From: Phyllosticta citribraziliensis
Taxonomy: Eukaryota
Assembly: GCF_038025025.1 (NCBI RefSeq)
Contig: NW_027117352.1
Coordinates: 558,001-622,000 of the forward strand
DNA: 64,000 nt
Reading direction: 5' to 3'
The notes beneath the pieces were generated by a model. It did not search any database and was not told where the DNA came from. It saw nothing but the letters and a program-made list of their open reading frames with translations. The translations under genes were made by a program, and so were the position numbers. The stretch's first letter is position 1, and every line of letters starts with the position of its first letter. Positions 48,314 to 60,573 of this stretch are shown here, one piece after another.

Positions 48314-50195
48314 ATGCTCAGCGGACCAGATTTGGTAAGCATCTCGAAAGCTCACCAGAAAATCTGCTGACGGCTTCCAGATTACGTATATCAGCGTACC
48401 ATTGACGCTCACTGGCGTGGTACAGATCTACATCTTGTGCAAGGCGATATGGATCTACTACAAGCTTTACCGGTCCGTGCCGAACAAACTAAGATCATTC
48501 TATTCCTTCTACCCGGATCCGTCTTCCGGCACAGTTCTTGTCATTGCACCGACGATAGTGTGCACAAATCCCGGACTCTGGCATGACACTGCTCCCCCCA
48601 AGTTCTACCAAATGGACACGCAAAAGTTCCGTCACGGGGGCTTTTGGAAGCTCTGGGGCCGCCAGAAGAAAGATGATCCAGTGCTACCGACAGCGCAAGA
48701 CTGGGACGAGAAGAGGCTGAATCGCTGTCAGCTCATGCCGTCGTGGATGACCAGCCAAACGAAGATTGCACTGGAACCGCGGAGATTCCACGTCAGCGAA
48801 CCCAAGGACCTTTTCCGGCCATGGATGGAGACCGCCACGACCCTCGGATTCCGGCTCGACCAAGCAAAAGACCTCACCCACGGCGAGTTCCACAAGTGGG
48901 CCAAAGACACGCGCATCACCGTGGGCATCGACATGGGCATCACGCCGCAAAAGCTGGCCATGCCGTGGAAGATCTTCGTGTGGTTTGCGCTGGCCGTCGG
49001 AACCAACCCCTTTGATCTCGACCCGCAGAAGGACAAGTTCAAATTCAAGCACATCACCAAGCACGAGGTCTTGATGCGCCTCTCGCGAGTCGGCGACGCC
49101 TGGAACTTTGCGCTGGACACGGATCAGTACTACGAGTACTCGGTCCGCCGCGCGCTCGCTTTGGTCAACTTCATGTGCTTCGAACGCAAGGGCGCTGTCT
49201 TCGGCCGTTTTCTGGGCAGCCCGGACGAGTTCAAGCTCACGCCTGACTTCTTTCGGCGTCCCGACCATTTCGCGACGCATACGACGCCTGCCACCGCGAG
49301 ACTCCAGTCGGCGGCCTTGACGTGGATTTTCTACAAGGAGCACTTGGCTGGACAGCCGCTGCACAAGTTCCGAAGTGAGCTTCTTGTGTGCCAGTGGATG
49401 CTCGAAGCGCAACAGCGCAGTTTGCTTTTTCTCGCTGAGCTCGACCGCGAAGGAAATTTGGAGTCCACGCTGCACGAGGTGTTTCGCGAACATTCTGGCG
49501 AAGAGTCTCCAGCTGTGCGGGAGCTCCTGAAGATTCTGCGGCACGACTTCCAGTCATCTGCATACCTCAGGCAGTCGTGCGAGTTCCTCTCTACTGTGCG
49601 CCAACTCGTCCAAAAATTGAAGAGCTCCCAGCTCCAGTCGTCAGCAGAGCCCGGCGCCTCATCAACTGCAAACGACATCCAGGCGCTGCTCAGCAAGTGG
49701 GAAAAGCCGCTCGACCCACCCCGTCGCTCCACGGCCGCACCACCGGGCATCGCCGCGGCCGCGGAGCTGCAGTCCGAGATCCGCCAAGTGTCGACGCGCA
49801 GGAAGCTGTTGTCCGAAATAGCTCGTGGCGGTCGATTCACCGAACTCAGAGACCGCTACGACCCGCACAAGCGCGAGGGCTGCGCCGTAGAAAACGAGCC
49901 GCTTCCTGCTGGCGATTTGGCGCTGCTGGCGCATGTGTATCTGGCCATGCAGCCGTGGCAGCATCACCTCAGGATGGGCTGGGAGTTGAGTCCGTGCATC
50001 AGGGATCCGTTGTTGCAGACGTTGAAAGGGGAAGACGACAAGGAGACGGGATCTGATGTGGAGAATTGCATTGACACTTTGGAGCAAGTAGCGCAAGAGG
50101 CCAGGAGCGGCATCTACTCTGGACCGTGGGAAAGAGACATGGTATACAGCCTGCTGAAGAGCGAGGATGTTCCGCAAGTAGTTTTTTTGGTTTGA
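48314..50195 (+). CDS. Hypothetical protein (~610 aa) with an N-terminal TM anchor, 2 exons
   Basis: ATG at 48314; canonical intron at 48335-48380 (GTAAGC...CTGAC...CAG), in frame with a 597-codon ORF; N-terminus MLSGPDLITYISVPLTLTGVVQIYILCKAIWIY. Confidence 0.8.
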
Positions 50196-51600
50196 ACACT
50201 TGCGTACGTGCGGCCTGCACAGTGGAGGCGCAAAGACTCGAGGACTACGTGCGCTGAATTTGTGCCCGATGCTCTCAAATACAACGCCGGCACTGTCGCT
50301 CCAATGTCGAAAGACCTGGACGAACACCGCCGCCCCAAGACACAACCACAATACTCCTGCAACACAAAAAAAGTGGACTTGCCGCCGTACTAGTCCTGAC
50401 ATTAGCATGTTGCCCATCAATATTCAGGAAGTAGAGTTAGATCAGTGACATACCCCGCTGACGGACGATCCAAACGTAGCCCTGGCGGGCCTGACAAAAT
50501 CAAAAGACATGGCGGCGGCAGGCGGTGGGCAGACAACAGGGAGCTTGTGAGGGAAAAAGAAAAAGGGAGTAAAATCAGCTCTTAGGGGCGTGGGCGCGGC
50601 GGCAAAGGTGATCTTGTGAAGAGAAAGATTCTTTCGTGGCGAGAATGCAGGCGAGCGATGATGTTGGTGACGGGTGCTCTGGAGAACAACAACAGGAGAG
50701 GGACACGGATAGGGAAAATAGGCACGGGGAGGGAGCATCCAACGGCGTTGTTTGCCCGAAATCTCTGGAAGCCGCGCGTCGGCACCCTACTGTAGGTCGA
50801 GGGGGAGAGGAAGCTGGCTGCTGAGTGCCCACCTACGGTACATTACCCCAAGGAAAAGCCCACTGCTTCCCCACGTGTACCGTGTCGACACCGCGCTTGT
50901 TTGCGCAAATTTCTTCAATGTCCCTTCTTCTGTCCCCACAGTGTGCCCTCGCCTTCCCTCCTCTTTCAATATCCGCACCAAGACTGCCTACCCAGGTGGT
51001 GGGAAATGCCTTAGTTGATACGTGTACCTATCTAGTCCTACCTCAGCGTAGTCCTCTTGGGTAAGGTACGGTAGTCTCCCTCGTGGGTAGTCCCCTTGCA
51101 CGTAGGTAGGTAGTCGTACGGTACACGCGGGTAGTCCTACTGGGCAGCACATAATAGCAGTGTCGTGAATCCAGTGAACACGTTACGGACGGACGAGTCA
51201 CCAGCCAGCGAAAGAAACAGCATAGCATCGCATAGCATTGATAGCATTGCATGCGCTACAGACGGCTCACCACCGTCGCCGCCGCCACCCACGCGGTCCC
51301 AGCAAGGGAACGACTTGCACACTTCCGTTCCTCTTCTGCCGCCCTGTACACGCGCACATTCGCGCCCGCAGCAGCCCGCCACAGAAGTTTTTCGTCGTGA
51401 TTCGGTATAAAGACTAGCGTGCGCGTCAAGCCAAGAAGCCTGAGTAAGGAAAAGGGGCATCAAACTCGTGCGAATCGTACAGTACGCAAGGAAAGAAGAG
51501 AGAATTGGGGCGAGACGAAAAGAAAGGGGGAGAGTGGCCGTGGCGTAGAGCGAATCCTTCCTGGCGACCACTCGCTAGACTGGAGTCAGGGTCGACGAGG

Positions 51601-52598
51601 CTACGGCCGCTCCGAACGCTCTCGCTCCGCCTGCCGATCCAGCCAGCGGTCCGCGTGTGCGGCGGACGCCGACTGCTCCAGGGGCGCCGCCCTGCCAGTG
51701 GTGTCGCCCGCGTCATACGTCATGCCGTCGATTCGCTGAGCGTCGCGAACTTGCGCCTCGGTGCTTGGAGTGCTGGCGCCAGACCTGGCCTCGGTGCCGC
51801 TGACGCCCGTCATGGGGCTTGGTGGGCCCTGGCTCATGTTGCTCTGGAAGCCGCCCACGGAGCCCCCGGCGCCGCTGCTTTGCATCGAGTCGGGGCGGTC
51901 GCGCAGGTATGGAGGGACGGCAGACGCGCTTGTGCTGGCCTTACCGACCACAGGCGAGCCCAGGTGGGACGCAGTGCGAGCCGGAGTGCGGGCGCCCTCG
52001 CCAAAGCCGACAAGTGAGGGCGCGCCTTCGTCGCTGAAGCCGCCGACGCTGCTCGTGTCCATGTCTTGGTCCTCGCTCATGCGGTCCGCGATCGAGGGGT
52101 CGTAGCCAACGTCGCTACCGCTGGCCCAGGTGGTACGACCGCCGACGGATCCGGTGGCCGATGCCGATCCCACTGTGCTGCGCTCGCGCACGAGCTGAGG
52201 TTGGTTATTGGCGTCGAAGTAGCCTTGTGTTTGAGGGCCCGAAGGGATGGCGCCACTGCCGCCCATGGCCGACGAAGGGTTGAGATTTGAGGGACGACCG
52301 CCAGCAACGCCGACGCGCTCCAGGCCGGCAAGTCGCGATATCCGGTCGGCGCGTTCAGCTTCGAGTGGGTGCTGCTGATGATGGTGGGGCAAGTGGCCTC
52401 GGTGGCCGTCCTTGATGGCGACGGTCGACAGCTCAGACATGGAGGTTGTGGTGGAGTTGGGAGTGCCACTGGAGTGAGTTGAGATTAGCTGGCGATAGTA
52501 ATCATGGTCCTCAGAAGAAGAACTCACGGGACATCTGACGGGGTAACCGGGTCCGAGGGAGGAGGGGGAAGGTTGATCAGCGTGGGAGCGTTCGACAT
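51601..52598 (-). CDS. Conserved fungal disordered protein (tentatively RfeF-like), 2 exons
   Basis: MSNAPTLINLPPPPSDPVTPSDVP-GTPNSTTTSMSELSTVAIKDGH; EAERADRISRLAGLERV; STVGSASATGSVGGRTTWASGS. Intron at 52469-52527. The family name is from memory only. Confidence 0.8.
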
Positions 52599-53146
52599 GA
52601 TGGCTGTGGTCGGGTGTCGTGGTGCTGAGAGGTTGGACCTGGCAGGCGCGTGGACAATGTCAAGATGAGGGTGGAGATGGATGGGCGCAGATAGGTGGTA
52701 GCTGTGGAGCAATAGCGGGGGGGTTGAGTAGGGGAAGAAGATGAAGAGTCGTGGAGGCTGGAGGAGCAGTTAGGTCGTCCCCGGCGCAGGGTAGGGCTGG
52801 GCTGCACTAGCCTGAGGCCACTACATGTACATTGCGATTACGTCACGGGCCCCGAGCTTGGCGATCGACGGCGGATCCCTCCATGTCTCCCCAGTCCCCA
52901 CACTGGACGGACCACGAGCGTGTTGAAAGAAATGCGACAGACCTCCTCGCAGAGCATTCTTCTCCTGTTACAGTTACGCTGAAGGGAGCATCCATCCACT
53001 GCGACAGCTGCGCTCAGGGAGCACTCATTCATCGCCGCAGCTTAACCCAGGCGGCCCGTCTCAATTCTTTCAACACCACAGCATCCACCATCTACAGCCA
53101 CGGACACCTCCTCCTCCCTTCACCAATCCCTCCACCAAAGGCCGTC

Positions 53147-53761
53147 CTACGCCCCCCAAACGCCCCTCACGCCCCACGCCCCCCACCCAGCGACCGCCAA
53201 CAACCACACCTGCGTCCCATAATACCCGAGCGCCCTCCCCAACCCCGCGCTCCTCCTCCCGCGAAAGTGGCTCCGCAGCCCCAACTCGACGTGCGCGATG
53301 CGCAGCGCCAGCAGCGTCGCCAGCGCTCCGTGCAGCACTCGGCGACTGATGGCGCCGTTCAGCTCGGCCAGCGCCGCCAGCGTCAGGGCGAGCGGCACGT
53401 TTTCGAGGAAATTGGCGTGTGAGCGGGTCGCGATGAAGAGGGCGTCGTTTTCGGGTGCGTGGGGCGTTGGTGTTGAGGCGTCGGAGGAGAGGGGGGACGG
53501 GGTAGACGTAGATGGTGCTTTGCTGCTGCGGTCGCCCATGTAGCTGTGTTGTTGTGCAGTGGTGAGCTTCCTTCGTCCTGATAGAGAGAGCAGAGCAGAA
53601 GAGAGGGCACCACTGTGTACTCACGTCTTCCCCTTGATCCGCTGCCACACGATGCGGTTGCTCAGCAGCGCCAGGTAAACGACAAACGGCGCGCTCCACG
53701 CCGCCGTGACGGGTGCGAGTGCGAGCCCGAGGCCGAGCTTGTCGAGGCCGCGCGTCGCCAT
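53147..53761 (-). CDS. MAPEG-family membrane protein, 2 exons
   Basis: Hydrophobic helices; signature RSHANFLENVPLAL and LRIAHVELGL; intron at 53544-53624. Confidence 0.88.
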
Positions 53762-54803
53762 CCTGTCTTCTGTCCCTGCAACTCAAACGCCGAAATGCGT
53801 GACGAGAATCGTGCGTCGAAGAAGAAGAAAGGACGTCGGCGAGCGCAATGTATGATCGGCCCGAACGAACGCGAATCGAGTAATACACCGATATACAGTA
53901 CGGCAGCACAGCAGCAGGCAGCACAGAGCTGGACTTCCGATGAGCGAGCAGACTACCATTAAGCAGGAAACCAAGCGCCCTTCATTTATATATGCAAGGG
54001 CCGCCGCTGGACAGCCGCCAAACCCACCGACGGCACCCCCAAAACATAGCGTCGGTTCGGCCGTCATGTCACTCGTTTCTCAGCTCCAAGGGCGGATACA
54101 GGTATCTTACCTCACCTCACCTCCCCTAGCAGTAAGATACCACCAACATGCCCCTCTCACTCCCCTGCCCCTTCGAGAAAAGCGACACAGCATGAAGCAA
54201 GTTGTGCAACGGCGGAGTAATACTCTTCTGGTTACCCACGCTCAACAAAAGCGGTGGCTGACAGGAATTTGTACGCTGTGACGGGTAGGTGATATACTGA
54301 CAGGCAGGGAGCATTCGAGAAAGATGGGCTCTTCTGTAGGCGAGTTGTGGGGAGCATCTCTCACTTCAACAGGCCCCTACCTTACTACTCAACGCCAGGC
54401 GAACAAACAGGCAAATAGGCACGCATGCATGTACGTATGTAGGAACTTAGGGATGCTCTCTGATTGGCTACTACTGAACGTCGGAAGGTATGAACACAGA
54501 CAGAAAACGGCGGACGCGCAGACGCACGCCGGGAAGACAGCAGAAGAGGAGGGCAAAGGTAAGCCAGATGAGGACATATCTGTCAAAGGAGCCAGTGAAG
54601 GGCCAATCCACGACGCGGCAAGTGAGCAAGAGGGCCCACTGCGCAGCAGCAGCAGCAGCAGCGGCGGCGCAGCGGCCCGCCGGGGACGGGGGGAAGACGA
54701 TGATGCCCAGAACAACGAAGACAACGAAGATACACCACCCCACGCTAAAGCACACGCAGTACTCGACGAATGCCTCTGCCCAGGCGTCCAGCCTGGCGGC
54801 CCG

Positions 54804-56472
54804 CTACGCCGCCGCTGTCGACGCCTCCCTCAAGCGGACCCGGACGCCGTCCGCCGGCGCGTCCGTCAACGTCAGCCCGTGCCTGACAGGCCGGCTATCG
54901 ACACCGACGCCCTCGACCGTGTCGAACCGCTGCAGCAAGCGCACGAGGACGTAGCTGGCCTCGGTCAGCGCGAACTGCTGGCCCAAGCAGATGCGCGGGC
55001 CGCCGTTGAAGGGCAGAAACTCCCACCCGGGCCGGCGGCCCTCCCAGCGCTCCGGCTTGAAGTCGTCGGCGTCGGCCCCCCAAATGTCGGTGCGGTGGTG
55101 CATGACGTAGACGCTGTAGTTGATCTCGGTGCCGGCGGGCACGAAGATGGGCGCGTCGCCGGTTGGCCCGCCGCCGCGCGGGAGCGTCGTGTCGCGGATG
55201 CTGCGCCGCGAGTTGAGCGGCACCACGGGGTAGAGGCGCAGGACTTCGTTGATGACTTGCTGTAGGTACTTGCAGCTCTTGAGGCGCGAGAAGGATAATT
55301 CTGACGGGTCTTCGTACGAGCCAAAGTCCTCGAGGATCACCGAGCGCAGCTTCTTCCACACGGCCGGGTGTTGGGCCAGTAGCCAGACGGTCCAGGATAG
55401 CAGAGAGGCCGTCGTGTCGCGGCCCGCCAGCAGAATGTTGAGCAACTGGTCGCGGAGCAGAACGGGGTCGCGCGTCTCATCGGCGAGCGCGTTCAGAAAG
55501 ACGTACTTGTCCTTGCCGTTGGCAGTCTTTGGGGCTCCGGCGCCTTTTTCGCGCGAGAGGGCCATTTGCACAAAGTAGTCGACAAAGGCGTGGACTTCGG
55601 AGCAATGCTGTTTAAAGGTCTTGGTGTGCATGAGCCAGTACTTGGTGTCGAGACGGGCGCCTTGGGCGAGGTACCACTGGGCCTTGTCAAAGGAATAGGC
55701 AAAGGCCTTTTCGTCACGCTCGGGCGCCGCCGTCTTGGGTGCAGTGTATCCGGGAAGCGCCGCGAGCTGGCTGTCGACGCTCTCGCCAAAGAGGAATTCG
55801 GTTGCCGAGTCGAGCGTCAGGCGAAAGAAGAGAGGCCCAATGTCGGTCACGGATGTCCAGCCGTCAGGGTTCACGGGCAACGCCTTCATCAGGTTCTGCA
55901 TGTGGACCTCCTCCAAGTCGAGATCTGACACTAGCTCGCGCGCAAACTGGGGGCGCAGCAGGGCACGAGAGTATTCCCAGTCCTTGCCATCCGCCGCGAA
56001 CTGATTGGTTGTGAGCTCATGCATGCACACCAGACTAGCGGGACCAGAGCTGAAAACTCACAATGCCATGTCCCAGCAGCGGCTCAAAGTTGTCGATACG
56101 GCGGGGCCCAAGCGAGAAGTCTTTGAATTTTGTGGCAAGCATCGCCTGGATGTTCTTTGGTTCGCTGGTGAAGATGATGGTGTCTCCGGCGACGTTGAGC
56201 CGCATGGCGCCCACAGGGTATCCCAGCTTCTTGCTGATATCGTGCCACCGCTGCAGGACGAGCTGCGGCACTGCCTTGACCTTGTCGGCGCTCATCATGC
56301 CGTACACGTTCCAGAAGCCCGTCACGTCCAGAGGGTTGAAGAATGGAAGCTCCTGGCAGCCGAGCTGCTTCGCTTTGATGGCGTTGCGGCCCATTCGCAG
56401 AAAATGGAGGAGGAACTTGACTGTAATGAAAGCAGCGATGGCTCCCAGGCCCAGGAACGCGGTTGGCTGCAT
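54804..56472 (-). CDS. Cytochrome P450, CYP52-clan (alkane/fatty-acid hydroxylase-like), 2 exons
   Basis: N-terminal TM; EPKNIQAMLATKFKDF; SRALLRPQF; LTLDSATEFLFG; I-helix LLAGRDTTA; EVLRLYP; PERW; heme motif FNGGPRICLG. Intron at 56001-56061; TATAAA (- strand) at about 56692-56697. Confidence 0.95.
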
Positions 56473-57758
56473 GGCGAGCTCGGCCTCGTGGGCGACAGGG
56501 ACAAGGAGTGTTCTCGGTGTGGGTGAGCTGGGGTGTATGGCGGAGGTGTAGGTTGAGGCGTTCGTATTGTCGAGGCCAAAGGTAAAATGGAAAATGGGAA
56601 GGTGCGGACTGGCGGTGCCGCAGGGCTGGGTCGAGGTTTTTCAACCCAAAAAGCGACGCGCTTAAGGTTGCTGCCGAGCAAGCACCACGGCTTTATACGG
56701 ACGTAGAACATCTGGAGAAGAAACGTGCCGTTGAGCCGTCTGACGCGAATGACTTGGGTGCATGTTGCCGCCTTGGGAGCATCCCGCCATGAACTGACAG
56801 GCTTGCGGGGTCAAGGCCGACCAGCAGCGACGAGATTGGGTCGTCGCCCTGCAGGAGGATTCCAGCGCCACGCCATGTCAGCGGATACCACTTGCTGCTT
56901 CGGGCAACGATGCAGCTGCGCGGCCACTGAGGAGGCGGCGCTTTGATATCACCTTGTCGCTGGTCGGTGGTCCTGCACGTCTTCCGTTCGTTCGGAGCAT
57001 GCCACCATCTCTGCCAGTGCGAGCATCCGGATCCCTGCGTCGAGCACGGCACTTGGACCATTCGACGCCTCGCGACATTGTTACCTCCTCCGGCTCGGGA
57101 CGGAACCGCGCAGCCCGTGGCCGAGTGACATCACTTGTTCACCTTGTTCAAAGGACCAACACCGCCGCCTCAAGTTCGTCTCCTGCTAATGCATCATGCT
57201 CATCATGCTCATCATTGCTACAGTAGCCTGCAAATCTGCAAATCTCTCCTCTAAGCGAGCTGGATAGTAATCGCTGGAGAGTAATCGCTGGAAGCGAGCA
57301 AGACAGGTTGCCATTCACGATTACTATTGACAATGCGCAGTCAATGCAAAAGTGAGACGCCCAAACATTCGGAGTCGGCACATCTTTCGCAGCCTCTCTT
57401 GACTCTGTGAATCAGTCTGGAGAAGATCCGTGTCGCCCTTGGCTTCTTCGGCTGTCCTCCTCTCGCACGTATTATGCAGACACCGTCATGGCCGACGTCG
57501 AGAAGTTGGCAACAGTCGATAGTCTGCAGTCATTGCCTTCCAGCTGTTTTTCAGCCGTGGCGATTTCGAGGGTCCTCCAGTGTTGACAGCGTAGGAGCTC
57601 ATGAACCGGAACCCCAGAGAATTTCCCACGTGCTTGCCATTCGACAGGGTAAGCCGCCAGCGAGCATGCGTCAGATTTGGCCATGCTGGATTCTCGTCCT
57701 GAGAATATCAATGGAGGCAAATAGTAATCCAAATGTTTAGCGAATATCGAACCATGAC

Positions 57759-58890
57759 TCAACCTCCCATTTGGCCGAGCAAATCTCCAATGTCCTTCTC
57801 TTTGGTGACGCGGAGTTTCCTCTTCTTGCGCTCAGGCTGACCGGCGGAAGCAATGTCGGCTTCTTTGTGGTCCTGTTGTTTGGCGTTGCGCAACAACCAT
57901 AGATGTTTCCTAGCCTTGAGCGCAACAGTGCCTCTATCGTAGAGAAACATTCTGGGAAGTGCGTCCGTGTCAGAATTCGACGAGTCGGCCAAGAGTTTCG
58001 ACGAAAACCACTTTTCGTACTGAAGCCCTAGACGAGACGCCATTGACACTGAATTCCACTCCTGGTCGACTGCCCTGGCCTTGTCACTATTTCGGACATT
58101 AGCTCATGGCTCACACGCAAACGGCCGAGCGGGCCTCTCACACTGGAAAACGGTCCCACCAGTCGTCACCGAAACTGCTGACCTCCTCGAGAGATTCATT
58201 GTAGTCCATGAAGTGGCAGATTTTGAGACAAGGCAAACATGCTAGGAAGAGCAGGGAATCTTTGGTAACAAGCCTATTGTCGTGGATGTGGAGCACACGC
58301 AGTCTGGAAAATGCGCCTTCTTCTCTTGCTGCGATGGACCATGCTTTGATCACTCGGTCATCGACTTCAGTGGTGTCGGCTGGCTCACTACGAGCCGCGT
58401 TGTAAATAAGTAGGCTTGCCAAGTTGGAAAGCTCTTTAATTGTGCACCAGTATCCTCTGGGAAGTCTCGAGTCCTGGAGCGCGACGTGGGCCAGCCACTC
58501 AAATCGTGGTGCGTTGGATTGCTTGAGAATGTATTTGAGCGTTGAAGGCAAGACCAAAGTCCCGATGCAAATTGTTTTGTGGTCCTGGAAACCCTCTTGC
58601 TCGTGAGAGCACGCTCGCACAAACATTTGCCATGTTCTGACCGAGTTGAGACGTAACCGCTTCACCTCAGCCCAGAGTTTCCGCCTTATTGTCCAGGGCA
58701 GGCACGTCAGGTGGTTGTAGTCAAGAGCATCGAGATTCTGCAGAATGCATCGCATAGCGGCATCTTCCAACGAAGCAGATCCACTTGGATTTTTGTATTG
58801 CGTGACATCTCTGAGGCTTCCAGTGGTTGCTTTGAACCATCCTAGTGCCGATTGACTCGAGGTGAGGTTTCTCGGGGTGAGAGACGCCAT
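57759..58890 (-). CDS. Conserved fungal hypothetical protein with LRR-like segments, probably 2 exons
   Basis: SLEDAAMRCIL; LSNLASLLI; VDDRVIKAWS; FSRLRVLHI; LPCLKI. Intron-like segment at about 58088-58141 (GTGAGA...GCTAAT...TAG); basic C-terminus RKKRKLR. Confidence 0.7.
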
Positions 58891-59284
58891 TGCGTGCTGG
58901 GTTTCGAGGTTGCAAATCCCTCTGGCGACAGTTGAAGGCTATGAGAGCATGGTGTTGTATCGTTGAACCACAAGAATATCAAGGCGGGATGCTGAGCACG
59001 AAAGACATGGGCGAGTCGTGTCTTGAGGTTGGGTGTTGATGCTGGTCGCGTTGCTGATGGGCGATCTGCCTCACAAGTGCTCGCAGCGCGGCCACGACTT
59101 TGTTGACTTGGGGCGCCTCAGCTGCCCGCCCGCAGTCGATGCGGTCCGGAATCGCAGGCTGAGGTGCCCTCCGCACCATCTTCTTCCACTGTGCGCCACT
59201 CCCCCACCTCCCCTCCTCTTCTACTCTTCCTTTCCTCTCTCAAAGCAGGGTGAGCCATGTGCTCTGAAGACGTGCCATGCGAAC

Positions 59285-60199
59285 ATGCTCCTCAAAAAGC
59301 CCACCGTCCTCCTCTGCTCCTACAACTGCCTCAATTCCTTGTCCGTTAATCCGCAAATATCGAGTACGTCATCTACACACAACCGACGTCGACCCCGACC
59401 ACACCCAACCTGGGCACGCGCCTACGCCGACATTGCAGCCGACCACGGCGCCTTTGCCAAAGGTCACGATGCATTTCCATGGCCCAAGACATTTGGCACC
59501 GCTAGGGAACCGACACCCTACGAAATCCTCAGCCTCAGAAAAGGCGCACCTTACAGCAAGCGCCGTTTCTTTGAACTTGTAAAGATCTACCATCCGGACC
59601 GCCCAACCCCTTTGCACGTTGATCCAGAAGCATGCCCGGAGGCCACCCGCCTCGAACGGTATCGACTCGTAGTCGCGGCACACGACATCCTGTCAGACCC
59701 GGTCAAGCGCAGCGCGTACGACCGATTCGGCGCAGGATGGGGAGCGATGAGATCCATAACAGTACCGGACTACGATAGGCCGCAGTGGAAACCTGGGCAG
59801 GATCCTACGGCGAATGCGACCTGGGAAGACTGGGAGCGGTGGTACAGCCGCGACGAGAAGAGCGAGCAACACCCCCTGTTCGTCTCCAACGGCGCATTCG
59901 TGGCCTTCATCGTCATGTTCGCCGCGCTGGGCGGCATCGCGCAGGTCACGCGAGCCGGAAACTTTGGACATACCTTGGTGGAGCGGAGGGAAATGGTCCA
60001 TTCGCAGACGAGCAAGGACCTGAGGCGAGTCAAGCAAGACGCCATCACGGGTGATCGTGGAGCCAAACTACAATCATTTCTCCGGCATCGTGACGCGGAA
60101 ACGCGGACGGACGAGGCGTATAGAAGACTTCTGCCGAATCCAGAAGTCTGCTCAAGCGAGATGGTACAAGGGAGAGACGTGGGTGGCACACGTCCCTAG
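59285..60199 (+). CDS. JID1: J-domain protein (JID1-like, mitochondrial, with a TM segment)
   Basis: PTPYEILSL...ELVKIYHPD...RYRLVVAAHDILSDPVKRSAYD; NATWEDWERW; TM FVAFIVMFAALGG. Confidence 0.85.
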   Translation: MLLKKPTVLLCSYNCLNSLSVNPQISSTSSTHNRRRPRPHPTWARAYADIAADHGAFAKGHDAFPWPKTFGTAREPTPYEILSLRKGAPYSKRRFFELVKIYHPDRPTPLHVDPEACPEATRLERYRLVVAAHDILSDPVKRSAYDRFGAGWGAMRSITVPDYDRPQWKPGQDPTANATWEDWERWYSRDEKSEQHPLFVSNGAFVAFIVMFAALGGIAQVTRAGNFGHTLVERREMVHSQTSKDLRRVKQDAITGDRGAKLQSFLRHRDAETRTDEAYRRLLPNPEVCSSEMVQGRDVGGTRP

Positions 60200-60573
60200 A
60201 AGATGCCGTCAGACTTGGTTTTTTCTTTTTAAGCATGGCAGGCGGCGTTTGGAGCACCAATGGAGACGACTGAAAGAAGTGGCGCAACATACGCGTCGAG
60301 GTCTGGTACGCAGGCAACCGAATGGGCGGCTGATTGATTTACGTGGGATTACTGGATTTGGTGCTGGCACAAATGATATACATTCCTATGCCTGTGTTAC
60401 GTCGAGGTCGTTCTCGAAGGGTTACATACAGCCTCGTGTCCTCACCTCATTCCTGGTCTTACACAGGTACAACTACGCCATACAGGAGCAGCTCGAGCGG
60501 GTCCACTAAAGTGGCGCAGGCCGTCCGTTTTCCTGTTTCAACCAATGCTGCGCCACAATTCTGACTCCAGACC

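Noticed and set aside
57148..57762. Short - strand ORFs between the CYP52 promoter and the upstream hypothetical gene
   Set aside because: No recognisable homology or convincing start and splice structure.
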